Source: Lama guanicoe (taxonomy: Eukaryota). From it: DNA of 64,000 bases. The stretch lies in NCBI GenBank assembly GCA_013239625.1, contig MU056960.1:6936642-7000641 (forward strand), given 5' to 3'. A program made the position numbers and the translations under genes. Below are positions 1-12,600 of the stretch, piece after piece (position 1 is the first letter of the stretch; every line of letters starts with the position of its first letter). Below the pieces are notes generated by a model that saw only the letters and a program-made list of their open reading frames with translations, did no database searches and was not told where the DNA came from.

Positions 1-650
1 GGAGTCTGCTCTTCCTGGATAGGCTGGCTCTGTTCTCCAGAGAGGTCTCTTCTCCACCTCACGCAGATCAGAGAGTCCAGGTCGTCTTCGTGTGATCAGG
101 CTAAGTTCATCTTAGATATTCACCTGAGGTTTCCTTTGTGGGCTAATCTTGGATTTGTTATTTAGTAGGAAGCGAATTCATTGGGGAAACCTCGACCTGG
201 GGGTTTTGGGGGATGGGGCACTCAAGCTGGCTTCTTGTCAAATACCATTTTCCAAACCACCCCTCCCCAACCCCCCATCTTCTTTCTTGTCCAGATGAAT
301 AAATGTGCACACATCACGCTACAGCAGCAGGCTTAGCAGGGGTGGAGGAGCAGCAAGCTTCTCCCCTTTTGAGCTCCCTTCTCATCTGGGGCTGTGCAGG
401 GAGCACAGGGAGAAGGTGGGAGAAGTGCAGAGGGATCGGAGGGGCGAATCAGCCACTTCTAAGGGACAGGAATCTGTGGGGACACCCATGGGCTCCTGAC
501 ACTCTTGCTTTTCAGAGACAAATCCCAGAATCTGAGGCAAATCTTCCAAAGGAGGGATGGGGGCCCGAGGGAGGCTCTCCAGGGTTCCTTGGTCCCCAGG
601 CCCGGGTCCACACTCTCGCTGTGTGTCTCTTCCAGGCTCCAGGAAGCAGC

Positions 651-699
651 ATGCTGTGTGGCTGGGCTGCCCCTTTCCTCCTGCTGATGCTCCAGGGAG
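651..699 (+). CDS. IL21R: IL21R coding exon 1 (signal peptide); exon begins at 636
   Basis: ttccag acceptor ends 635, ATG at 651, donor GAG|gtaagt; [16 protein letters not shown]. Confidence 0.95.
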
Positions 700-3600
700 G
701 TAAGTGACTACTTCATGGTCCACAGGTGGGGAGCAGCCAGGACAGGGCTAAAGGCCACAGGGTCGGAGTCAGTGGCATCTGTCCACTTGCAGCCGACACG
801 GGTCCAGTGGCCACCTCTGCATTACCCAGAACCCATCCAACCAGAGAGCTCCATCATCAAGAACTGGGTCCTGTGTGTCCCATGTGGCCCAGCCCTCCCG
901 CTGCGGGAATGAGAGACTTCATCCTTTTCTGCAGCTCTCTGCCTTGGGTGGCTCCCATCCCTCAGAGTGAGGAAGTCCTGCCTTTGGTCTAACCTCAGTT
1001 TCTCCTCATCTCGTAAGAGGTGTTTTTCAACAACCACTGGATCCACAGCCAGCACTGGTGTTCCCCAGCGGGCAGGAGCGGGGCCGTGGAGACAAAGGCA
1101 GCTGAAGCCTTGGACGGCAGCCCCAGAGGACCAGAGGATGTTGCAGTCAGAGGGAGAGATATTAGAGACCTGAGCTGGGAAAGTCCAGGAGTTAGATATG
1201 AGGGCACAGTCAGAACTGAGAGATCCAGGAAGCTTTCCCAGAGGAGGCGAGACACAGCACACAGGCTGGAATGGGGGCCGGACTGGGGTCAGGGGCGCGC
1301 TCAGCCACTGCTCTGCTGACTCATCTGCATTTCTGTCTGGTTTTTACCGAAAGACCCAGAGCCTCAAATAGCTCCATCAGGAAACAGATGCTTCCAGAAA
1401 CGAGTTCCTATATTTTCCCTTTACCAGTGGTCAGCGCACTGTCCTGGCTCTAAAGGGACTTGAGGTCCCCCACTGCAGCTCCACCCACCAGGGGCACAAA
1501 TGACAAGCCCCTGCTGTGTCCTGGGCGCTGAGCACCCTCGTTCCCTTTTCCCGACAGTCCACAAGGTCCCTGCTGCAGTGACGCCCAGCTCTCAGTCGAG
1601 GAAGCTGAGGCTCAGAGTGGATAAGGGAGAGGTCCTGGGCCACACAGCCGGGCAGTGGCGAGCTGGGATTGGTTCCCAAATCTGCCTGATTCCCGTGGCC
1701 TTAACTGCCTTTTTTTTTTTAATTTTTCGTTTTTGGTGCGGGAGTTAATTAGGTTTACTTACTTAGTTTTAGAGGAGGTACTGGGGATTGAACCCAGGAC
1801 CTTCTGTATGCTAAGCATGCACTCTACCACTTTAGCTATACCGTCCCGCGGTCTTAACTGCTTTTATGCAGAGAGTGCCACGTGCAGGCAGCGTGGTCTG
1901 CACCGGTGTGATATCATCCAAATACCCCTCCAGGGGGTCAGTATCCCCAGCTTACAAACAGGGACTGGAGCAGTCATGAGTCACGTGTCCACTTTCCATG
2001 CCTCTCACTGTCCCCCTCACCCTGTGATAACCCTGGGGTCTCTGCCCAGCGGTCAGCGTCCTGACCAGGTGACTGGGTTTTTTACTCCCTCTGGTTCCTG
2101 ATGCCACCTCCACACTACTTCAGGGGCTGCTGTCCCCTCCCCAGTTTCATTCCAAGTTTGGGACAAACTCTGTCCCTTGATGGCCTCGAGCCTACCTAGG
2201 AATGGCAGCTCCTTGCCAAGTTCTGGAACTCTGAGAGAGAACAACCAGGATGTAAACTCAGAGATGACAGCCACATGGGTTTAGGTCCTGCCAAAATCCA
2301 TCCTGTGTTCTCCACAAGGTATCTGAACTAGCCCCTCTGTGCCCACTAACAGGCCTTGTGTTCCTCCCGGGGGAAGCTTCCTCCAAGAACAGTATTCGTG
2401 TCGACATCTCAGATCCCTTGGGAGTGTCTGCCCGGGGCCACTCAGCTGCAGTGAGAAGGATGCTGAGGCCACGCCCAAGGGAGCAAGAGAGCCATGAGTG
2501 ATTAGCAATGTCTGCCACGTGTGTGGAGGTGTAGAACTAGCATGGATTCGATTCGACCTTTCCTGGGTCTCAGCAGCCCAGACCGAGAGAGAGACAGGAG
2601 GTGTGGTCCAGCCTCACAGCCTCAGTGTTCTCATCTGTAAAATGGCTGTGGGCACGGGTGAAAGGATGTTTCCAGCAATGGTGTCGTGGGCTCCAAATCC
2701 AGCTTCTGACCTAGACGGAGCCCTAGGAAGACAGTCCTACCGCCCCTTGGATCTTCATTAGTCAAGGAAAAATAGGGAAAAGCCACTAAAAGTGAATCTA
2801 CGTAAAAGGGGAACAGATTTCTGGTAAATAGGAGGGGAAATGGCAGTGCTGCTACTTGGTCTTACAAAACAAAACCGAACTAAAACTTCTTAAATGTCTT
2901 TTGCCAAACATTCAACAAAATGTAGATTATGATGACGCCTCTATTTTTTGAACAAAGTGAACCAATTAATGTTGGAGGTGGGAAAGTATTAAATTGTCCA
3001 ACAAAATTGCCTGAGGGGAACATGCCTGTGTCACTTGTGGCGGTGGTGGTGGTGGTGGTTTGGGCAGTAGGATGACACAGACATTTTGGCAGAAGGAGTC
3101 AAAGGCTTCTCAGTTTTCAGAAGGTTTCTGACTCCTTTGAAGCGCTGCCAGGTCCCTGAGGTCCACGTCCTGTCTTGGACCAGCCGCTGTGAGCAGACGG
3201 CTCCTCCCAGTCGGGGCTTCGAGACCCTTGCAGCCCCTCTCTCACTGACTTCATGAATCCCTCTCACGGGCTGTCCCTGTTCGCCTGACATCTGGGGAGT
3301 TCAGGACACGCCACCTGGAGGGGGAGACCTGCCGGGAGGGATGCTGACCTGCGGGCTGGACACAGGGCTCGTGGGGAGAGGGCTGGGGGGACCCACTGAG
3401 TTTATGATGTTCACATTAGCGGAGGCCTGTCTCCATAACAAGTTTTCAAACTCTGGGGGCTCAAAAACAAAATTCTCATGTGGCAAAGTCCCCCTTGCCC
3501 GAGGCCTATATCTTAATGGCCCTTGGGTCACCATATTCATCCTAGCTGTGGGACCCCTGCTACAATTCATCCTCCAGCCCTCGAGGGGGTGAGGGGGTGA

Positions 3601-6600
3601 CAGGGGTGAGGGCTCTGCAGTTCCCTCATCGAGGCCTCTGTCTCCCTGACCCTCCAGCCTGGGGCTGCTCAGACCTCATCTGCTACACCGATTATATCCA
3701 GACAGTCACCTGCATCCTGCAGACATGGACCGTGCACCCCGACATGCTCACCCTCACCTGGTAAGTGGCCGGGCCTCAGGGTAGCCCTGGAGAGCTGGGA
3801 TGGGGGCAGGGCCGCCAGAGACCACAGACTGTGTTGGACCTACTGTGTGCCTGGCAGGTGGTTAGCAATGAAAACGAAAGCTGCCTCTTCCTGAGGGCTC
3901 TCTCAGCCATTTCACCAAGAGCATTTGATTTCAGCCCAAGAAGGACCGTGAGCTGGAAATCACCGTGCCCATCTTGCAGACACCCACACGGGGCTCGCGA
4001 GACTTGTCAAAGCAGGGCAGCTTTGTCCAGCCCCAAAGACAAAACTCTCTTGCCTGCACAGGGCTGACTGTGGTTTTGAGACCTCAGGGTGGCTAGACTC
4101 CCACACGAGTTTTCTGAAACTGGCATCCTGTTACGCTTCACGTGGATGATCATTTCTGAGCCTTACAGTTATTTTACAAATGAGGACACTAGGGTTCAGA
4201 GAGGTTATGCCATTTGCCCAAGGTCACAGAGCCAGTGAATGGTGGAGCTGAGACGCAAACACAGGCAGCCTGACTCCGAAATCCACGGGTCCCGATTAGT
4301 GTATATTGTGAAAGAAAAAAAATTTATTCGTGCCCCTTGTTAAAGGATGGTAAAGCAGACTTGATTCAAGACCATCAAGATAGGTGTAGGGACCACTGCA
4401 CGGGCTTTGCAGTAGGGAAGAGGGATTGAGCTAAAGGCTGAATACAAGGAAGATTGGGTATTGATCGCTAAGGAGCAGGGGCAGGGCTGAGGGTCAGTGG
4501 GTGGAAAATTACTAAGAGGCAACATCAGGGAGGAGGGGCTTCTGGCTAAACCAGCCATCACCTGGGGGAGGGGGGAGGATGATGGTCCCCATCAGATATG
4601 GAGGATGGAGGATTCGGACCAAACTGGCTTTAGCAGGGTTCTTGCTAAAATTAGGCACGGCAGAGCATGGAAGCCCCAAAGTCAGGACCTAGTTGAGGTG
4701 AGAGTTCCGAGCAGCCTGAATTGAATCTGGTCAAGGAGAGATTCTTTGTCAATATGCTGCTCAGGATAAAGAACAGCTGGCTTTCATTCTGTTGTCACCA
4801 GTTTCTTCATTCACTTATTTATTCAGACACTTACTTATCAAGCTCTTGCCAGACACTTGCAGGCACTGGGGGGCCCAGCAGAGCCCGAGACCAACAAGGT
4901 CCCACGTGTCCTGGAGCTGACACATTGCAGTGGGGAGTGGCTGGGGAGACCAACAGTAAACACATAACAGCCAGCAGGATGCTTTCTGAGAACAAGGAAT
5001 GCTCTAAAGAACAGGACTGTCAGGTAGAGAGCAAGTGACATGCAGGGAGGGTCTCCTTTAGCCGGGGTGGTCAGGGCAGACCTCTCTGGGTGAGAAGGAG
5101 GCAGCCTGCGAGCTGAGGAAAGGGCATTCCAGGCAGCGGGCACTGCACGTGCAAAGGTCCTGAGGTAGGAGACAGGCTAGTGACTTTGAAAAATAGTGAG
5201 GAGGTCAGTACAGCTGGAGCAGAGTGAGCCAGCGTGAGGGAGAGTAACAAGAAGGTTAGAGGTAGGCAGGGGCCAGCTTTTATTGTGTGGGTTGTGAGAA
5301 ACCACCTGAGGGTTTTTAGGCATGGGGGGTGACGGGGAGTTTTTAAATGTCCCCCTGGTGGCTGTGCAAGAGGTTTGGAGAGCATTTATTCAGCAGAAGT
5401 TTCTATTTCAGCAAATATTTATCAGGGAACTGAGTTCACACATCTGTGTTAGCCTTGGAGCGTGGTCGTGTTCACAGCTTGAAGATGTAGGCAGGGGAAT
5501 AAATATCTGGTGAACCCCTATACATACTTCAAAATCCAGTTTCTGCCCGTGGCAGATCAAAAGCCAGAGCATTTCCCTCCAACCTTATACCAACAGCCTT
5601 CCTGGAAGTTCACCCAAAGTAGGGGATGAAGTTCATTTGGCTCTTATCTTGGCCCTGAGCACAAGCACTTATTAGGATTCAGCAGATGTTGGACAGAAGG
5701 GGGGCAAGAAGGAGACCTGAAATGCTTAGCATCCTTCTTGTAGGACAGTGATCCAGTTGATAGAACTGGCAGGGACAAATTTAGGCTTGGTCCAGACAAG
5801 AATGGCCCAAATTTGCAAAGTTGAGAGTTATTGTCCTAAATGAGGTAGTGAGTTCCTGGTCCTTTGGAGGTGTGCGAGCCAACCCTGTACACAGTTCATC
5901 AGGGCTGCTTCGGGGAGGGGGTGCATTCCCTGGGAAAACGGCGGTTGGACCAGGTGCCCCGTAGCCCTACCTCAAATCCCTCCCAGACCCAAGAATCTGG
6001 GCTTTGACCTTGGCCTTGTGCATTAAGCCTCCTGGCCTCCAGCCATGACCAGCTGCTCTGTCCTTGAAGGCAAGACTCCTATGGAGAACTGGAGGACAAT
6101 GTCACCTCCTGCAGCCTCCGCCCATCCACCCACAACGCCACGCATGCCAAGTACACGTGCCGCATGGATGTGGTCCCGTTCATGGCCGACGACATTTTCA
6201 GCGTCAACATGACAGACCCGTCTGGCAACCATTCCCAGGAGTGCGGCAGCTTTGTCCTGGCTGAAAGCAGTGAGTATCCCTTGGGTCCCAGAGCTGAGAA
6301 GTACACAGGCTCCCTACCCCAGCATCAGAGCTGCCCTGTCCTGTGTCCTTACCTCACCTTAGGGTTCTGCTCTTTAGTTGCACTGGCGACTAATAGGTTG
6401 CTAATGAGTTGCTAATAGGTTTGAGCACTAACTAGAGAGAGACAGCGGAGGTATGAAAAGGAGCTGGACTGGGAGCCATGACCTCAGCCTCTGTCTAGCT
6501 GTGACCTTGGCCTTGTTCCCTCTATGTAGAGCGAGGGTCCTTTTAACTCTGTCTCTTAGGGATTCTGTCCCCATTATGAGACAAGTTGGGGCACTGGGTC

Positions 6601-9600
6601 CCAAGAGAAAAACTTCCCTGAGTTTTCTCCCATTTATTAACTCCAGTGAGGCCCGGGATTTCCCTCCAGGCTGGAGGTGGGAGGAGTCCAGGGGCAGGAG
6701 GGGCTCGGCTGGTGGGAGCAGCCATCACTGTGGTTCCAGAATCAGGGCAGGGTAGGGTCCAGGAGGCAGCTTTTAGGGTGTGTGTGCAAAGCGGGATGTC
6801 CAGGGAGGGGGTCAGAGGCACGCAAACACAGACTGCTGAGAGAGTCCTGCCCTCCTCAGGAATGCCCCAGCCCCGTGGTCCGGGAGTTTCTGGCCCTAGA
6901 TTGCCAGCGGTGGGGACAGGGGATGAGAAGGTGTCTGTCATTCACACTCTGGGGGCCAGGTTTGCACCATTCTGCTGAGTGGGTGTTGCACTGCAGAGGG
7001 TGTGAATGAAGCTTCGCACACGCCCAGACACACCCAGAGTCTCTCTCACACCTTCCTAAATACAGCCTTGGACAAATGCACGGTGTCCCACCAGCTCTTA
7101 GCCTCCCCAGCACAGACGCAGAAGCTGCCACACTCTCTCACGCATGCGGACACGCAGGCGCACACGTGCACACACTAGCTCACATGCTCCCGCAGCCATG
7201 CAGATCCAGCTGTGGCACAGGGGCGCCCTCTTGCCCCTCTGAGCGAGCTGGGCAGACAGCAGGCCACCCCCTCCCCTGCAGAGGAGAAGGGACCGCACCA
7301 CTGTCACTCCACCCTGCAGTGTGGCTTCAAGTCGCAGCTCTCTCTGGCCCCCTCCCTCCCACCCTCCCTGCCAGGGTCCAAGGCCAGGCCTGCACCCAGA
7401 TGTGGCAGGAGGCAGATTCTCCCTCACCCCCCAACCCAGGACCCCTCCCTCCTCCTGGGCCCTGGGCCACCCTGGGCTGAGCAGCCCCCATCCGTGACCC
7501 CGTCCTTGACCCTGGGCTCTGCAGACATCCCCTCACTTCCTCCCTGACTGGTTCTCACTGCCCAGCCCAGGCCATACAGGGGAGCGGAGGACTGGCCTCT
7601 GCCCACCTGGGGAAGAGAGGAGAGGGCTGAGGAGCTCTTCTGGTCCCAAAGGACCCATGACTGAAAGAGCAATGACAATAATGCCCTCACTGTGGCCTCC
7701 TGAGCGTGTGCCTTCTCCCACTTCGGCTCATGGTGCTGAGTCGGTGCTGAGTCATACGCAGCTTCAGAGTTCCTTTTTGGAACCCCTGGAAGGTTCATTT
7801 GTTGGTTTGACTAGTATCTCTTGGGGGCCTGCTGTGTGCTGGCTCTATCTCTGAGAACAAAACCTCTGTCTCAACGAGCTGAGATCTCCGAGAGGGGGGC
7901 GGATGGCAAGCAGGGTCACGGAGCAGAACATGGGGAATGTCCGATGGTGGCAGACGGAGCTGGGGGAGGCGGGAGCCGGGGAAGGATGTCACTCCTCTCA
8001 CACCTGGACAGCGCTGTCACCCAGCCTCCTGAATCACCTCCTTCTGCTGCTTAGTTTGGTCTCCGTGAATTTTCACCCCATGAGCTAGAAACTGGTCCCT
8101 TTTACAAGAGAGGAAATGAAGACACATGACCTGTGTCCAGCTCAAGTTCATAAAACAAATTTGGGATGGAGCAGAACTGGAAGCTTTGACCTTTACACAG
8201 AAGCACCCAGGAGACCATGGTGGTGTGGCCTGGACCTCTGCTCCTGCACCTTCCAGAAGATGTCTGGGAGATGGGAACAGGATGTCTTGGGAAGCTAGAA
8301 TTAAAAGTGAATGATGTCATCATTTAGAACAGAAATGGAGAATGGGTGGGTCTGGCCACAGTGTGGCTTAGAAAGCTTTAGGACTGGCAGCTAATGTTAA
8401 CATTTGAGAGCTTTCCCACCATAATCCGGACTTCCAGCTTGTTGGGTTTTTTTTTCCTGGCCATGCTGGTCTGCTTTCCTGCCCCCTTGAACGTGGCATC
8501 CCCCTTTAGATGGGGAGGGCTCAGTCCCCAAACCTGCTTCACCCACATCTGTTCCCTGCCCACCCCTGAGTTTGCAACCCAATCTAGTCTAAATCTCTCA
8601 TTTCTCAGATGGGCGAACAGAGGACCAGAGACAGGGGATGCTTCACCTCAAGTCATTCTGGGTTACTAGTCCTGATCTCATCAGTGACTGCTCAGGTGGA
8701 GGGGAATTTATTCCCAGCACCACATCCCTTTCAGCTGCTGCAAAATCTCATTCCATTTTATCTTTCTGGCTTTTTCCTGGAAGTCAAGCCATCGCCCCCT
8801 TTCAACGTGACTGTGACCTTCTCTGGACATTATAACATCTCCTGGAGCTCCAGTTACGATCTCTTCGCGCTGAAGGGCAAACTTCAGTACGAGCTGCGGT
8901 ACAGGAAGCGTGGAGACCCCTGGGCTCTGGTGAGGCACTCGGAGAATTGGCAGAGGTGGGGGAGGTGTCAGAAACAGATGGTCTGGAACCTTCCCACTGT
9001 GCTTAGAACGGCCATAGTGGGAGAGTTCCAGAAGTACCAATAGCCAGGGAAGTCCAGGGTCAGAGGGACTGTTGTTTCAAATGTGAAGGCCTCTAGAGGT
9101 GTTCTTTGTTTAGAGTGTTGCAGAGTTCTGGAATGGCCCACTCTTTAAAACAGTTGAAAGTTCTAGAATTATCCATCCTTTAGAATGGTCCCAGTTTAAG
9201 ATTTTCATCAGTGCCATTTCTGAGACTGTCCCCAGTGTCCATTGCTAAGATGCCTGCAGTTAAAGACTTCCAGAAATGCCCCCTATTTAGAGTACCTGCT
9301 GTTGAGGAATTCCAAAAGTGTCCAAGGTCTGCGATGCTGCCAATTGAACATTCCCAGGAATGGCCATTGCTGCTCCGGGGACAGTCCCAGGCTCAGCAGG
9401 AAGGGTGCCTGCCAGGATCGTGAGTGGCTGAGCTGGGATCAGAGGAAAACAGAACAAAGCACCGTGTCCCAGGCGAGGCTGAGGCTGGGCCCGTGGCTCT
9501 GTGCTGCCTATGCTGGAGAGGCCAGAACTCAGACTAGGGCCTGTTTGTTGGCGGTGGAGGGGGTGGTGGGAGTGGAGACTTTGCAGGAGAGACTCAGCCC

Positions 9601-12600
9601 TTTTATGGAGGCTGCTAAAGGGTGGTTCTGCTGGAGGCAGGGGCTGGCCTGGCTGGTCCTGACCAGTTGTATCTTTTCCTGTGCCGGCAGAGTCCAGGGA
9701 GAACGCTGATCTCGGTGGATTCGAGAAACATCTCTCTCCCCCTCTTGGAGTTCCACAAAGGCTCTAGCTACGAGCTGCAGGTGCGGGCAGGGCCCCAGCC
9801 TGGCTCCTCCTTCAAGGGGACCTGGAGTGAGTGGAGTGACCCAGTCATCTTTCACACTCAGCCAGAAGGTAGGTGTGAAGCTGGGATGGAGGCCCCGCTC
9901 CTTGTGCCAAATCTTGTCCATGTGCAGCAGCCCTGAGCCCTGAGCTTCCTGGCATGGCTAGAAGATATCCCCTCATTGTGTCTCCCCTTATAGCCCTTTT
10001 GCAGCATTTCTGGGACTCCTGCTTGCCAGGCCCTTCATTTGGCACTGGGTGATTCTCCTGGCAGGGCATTTGGTCCCCCTAAGATACCTGTGAAGTGGGA
10101 ATTATTACCACCATTTTGCAGGTGAGAAAACTGAGGCTCAGAGAGAGGAAATCATTTGCTTAAGGTAGGAGTGGGAGCAGGATTTGAACCTATGTCTATC
10201 CCACTGCAAGGCACCAGCATCCATCCCCATGGCCCCTTCTGCTCCAGGTCAGACCCTTTGCCCAACACACCCAGCCCCTGTGGCCTCTATTCCATTTCAC
10301 TCTGTGTTTGTTTCCTTCCCAGAGATAAAGGGAAACTGGTACCCTCACCTGCTTCCCATCCTGGTCCTCGTGTCCCCCATCCTTGTCTTCTTAGGCCTGA
10401 AGATCCACCTGCCTTCGAGGTGAGGCTGGGTAACAGGGAGGCAGGGAGGGGGTCAGCCTGGGCCAGGACTGGGGGACACCGTGACGGTGATAATGACAGT
10501 GATGGTGATAATAAACCGTTTACTGGGCACTGGGTGGAGCACTCACTTAACCATGACAGCAGCAACATGAGCTTTACATAGCATTTACTCCCATTTGACA
10601 AGTGGGGAAACCAAGGCCCAGAGCCACCAAGGAACTTGGCCATAGCCACACATCTATGAAGTGGAGAAGGTAGAATTTGGACCTTGGTTGGGCTCTTGTC
10701 CAGTGAATCTTAAGCTCTGAGTCCCAAGGGGCAGGAGGGGGCCATTGGGTGGGGGTAAAGGGTCTGTGGGCTGATCCCCCACCATCCCTTCTGCTTCAGA
10801 ACTGGATTTTGCTTTTATCTGTTTATATGTTGGGTTTCTGCTGAACATGGCCATCAAGAGAAGGGCTGCTGCTGCTGAAAAATAAAACCAAAGCTCCACT
10901 GGCCTTTGCGAGTGCTGCCGGCTTGAGGCTGTCGTTTGCTGAGCCCTTACTAAGTGGCAGACGCTGGGCCGGGGGCTCTGCATACCTGGCTTATCTTGTT
11001 TAAGGAAGAGAATCTTGCGAATGGCAGTGGAGATTGCGGGGCTCAGTGCTCTCTCTAGGTGCCTCAGGCACTGCGCCCATAGGCGCTGACTCCTCCCCAC
11101 AGCTCTGGGGAGTGGTTCTTTGCTCATCCCTGGTTGGGGAGGAGGAAGCCAAGGCTCAGAGGGGCTGCATTTTCTCAGCACAGAATAGGCAGCCAAGCCC
11201 TGAAACTCCGTGCAGCTTCAGGAGACTCGCTGTCCCACATTACAGATGTGAAAATTGAGGCCTGGGCCAGAGGGAGCAGAAGGGAGGGGCCTGGGTGTGT
11301 CTCAGAGGCACTGAGTCTCCTGCAGGACAAAGTCGGGGAGCACCTGGGCAGGCTGCCCTCTGGTAGGTGTGTGGGGCTCACTTCATCTCTGCCCTCCCAG
11401 ATTGTGGAAGATGTGGGTGCAGGTGCCGAGCCCAGAGCACTTTTTCCAGCCCCTGTACCTCGGCCACAGCGGAGACTTCAAGGTGAGTACTCCCACCCTG
11501 TGAAGAGCCCCCCCAGAGCCTCTCACCCTCTGGGAGCTTGCATCCACCCTCATGCCCAGACTCCCAGCCCCACCCTGCAGGCCCGAGGCTCCCAGGCCCC
11601 CACCAGGGCTGGAGCCAGGCTTCAGCCTCTGTACCTGCAAAATGCAGGAAGTAATTCCTGTGGGGCAGAGTTGCCATAAGAAATAAACAAGATCAGGTAA
11701 CATTTCCCAGCCCAAGGAGCCCAACTTGGGGAGGACGGAGCCAGGTGATCCCATGAGCCACAACCTGGCCTCCTGGTCCTATGGCAGAAGCCCTTGATAG
11801 GGAGGTGGAGAGCTGGCAGTTTCTGGGAAGGGAATGGCTCCACCTGCAAAATCCACCAGCCTCCTGTGGGCCCCAGCCCCGCCGCTACCGCCAGCGCCCT
11901 GGATTCTCTGTGCCCGTTTATCACTAGGCACCTGTCTCGGTGGTGGCGGCGGCCTGACAGCAGCCACCGCAGAGAGGATGTGGTGACGGCTGGGAGGGGC
12001 AGCCCACCTGCTCTTGCAGAGCCTGGAAGTCAGGAAGTGCGATTAGAGCCCTGACTGAGCTCCCACCGCTGCCTGCTGTCTGCCTGGAGCTCCCCGAGCA
12101 CTGTCTCACCTCCCCCTCTTTTATCCTCACAGCAGCCCCTGTGGGTGGGTGGCAGGGTGGCAGGGTGGCTGAGTGGGTGGGTGCTCCATTGTCCCAGGGG
12201 ACCCACAAGGAGACCTGGGCTCAGAGTGGGACAAGGGAGGAGCCTGGGCTCCATCCCACACTGGAAAACCCTTTCTTTCCTCTTTCCTCTGCACTTTCCC
12301 CAAAGCTCAAATATCACATCTATTTTGCAAGCATTTTACCAGTATTCATCCAGCATATGCTGCACACCAGGGAGTCTGCTAGGAGCTTCAAAGATAGTGT
12401 TTCGTGTATCTTTAATTCCTACAGCTGCCCTGTGGTGGAGGGGACTATCAGCAGATGAGGAAATTGAGGCACAGAGAGGTTGAGTAACTGGCTCAAGGCC
12501 ACACAGCTGAGAAGTGACCTCAAATCAGTGGTGGTAGCCTCAGCAGGAGTCTGAGATGAGCTGTCTGGTGGAGTAGATTCAAAAGTGGTAGATTTCAGTT

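Noticed and set aside
8930-9043. Read-through of IL21R coding exon 4 as a soluble isoform
   Set aside because: Would truncate D2 before WSXWS and probably misfold; no adjacent poly(A) signal
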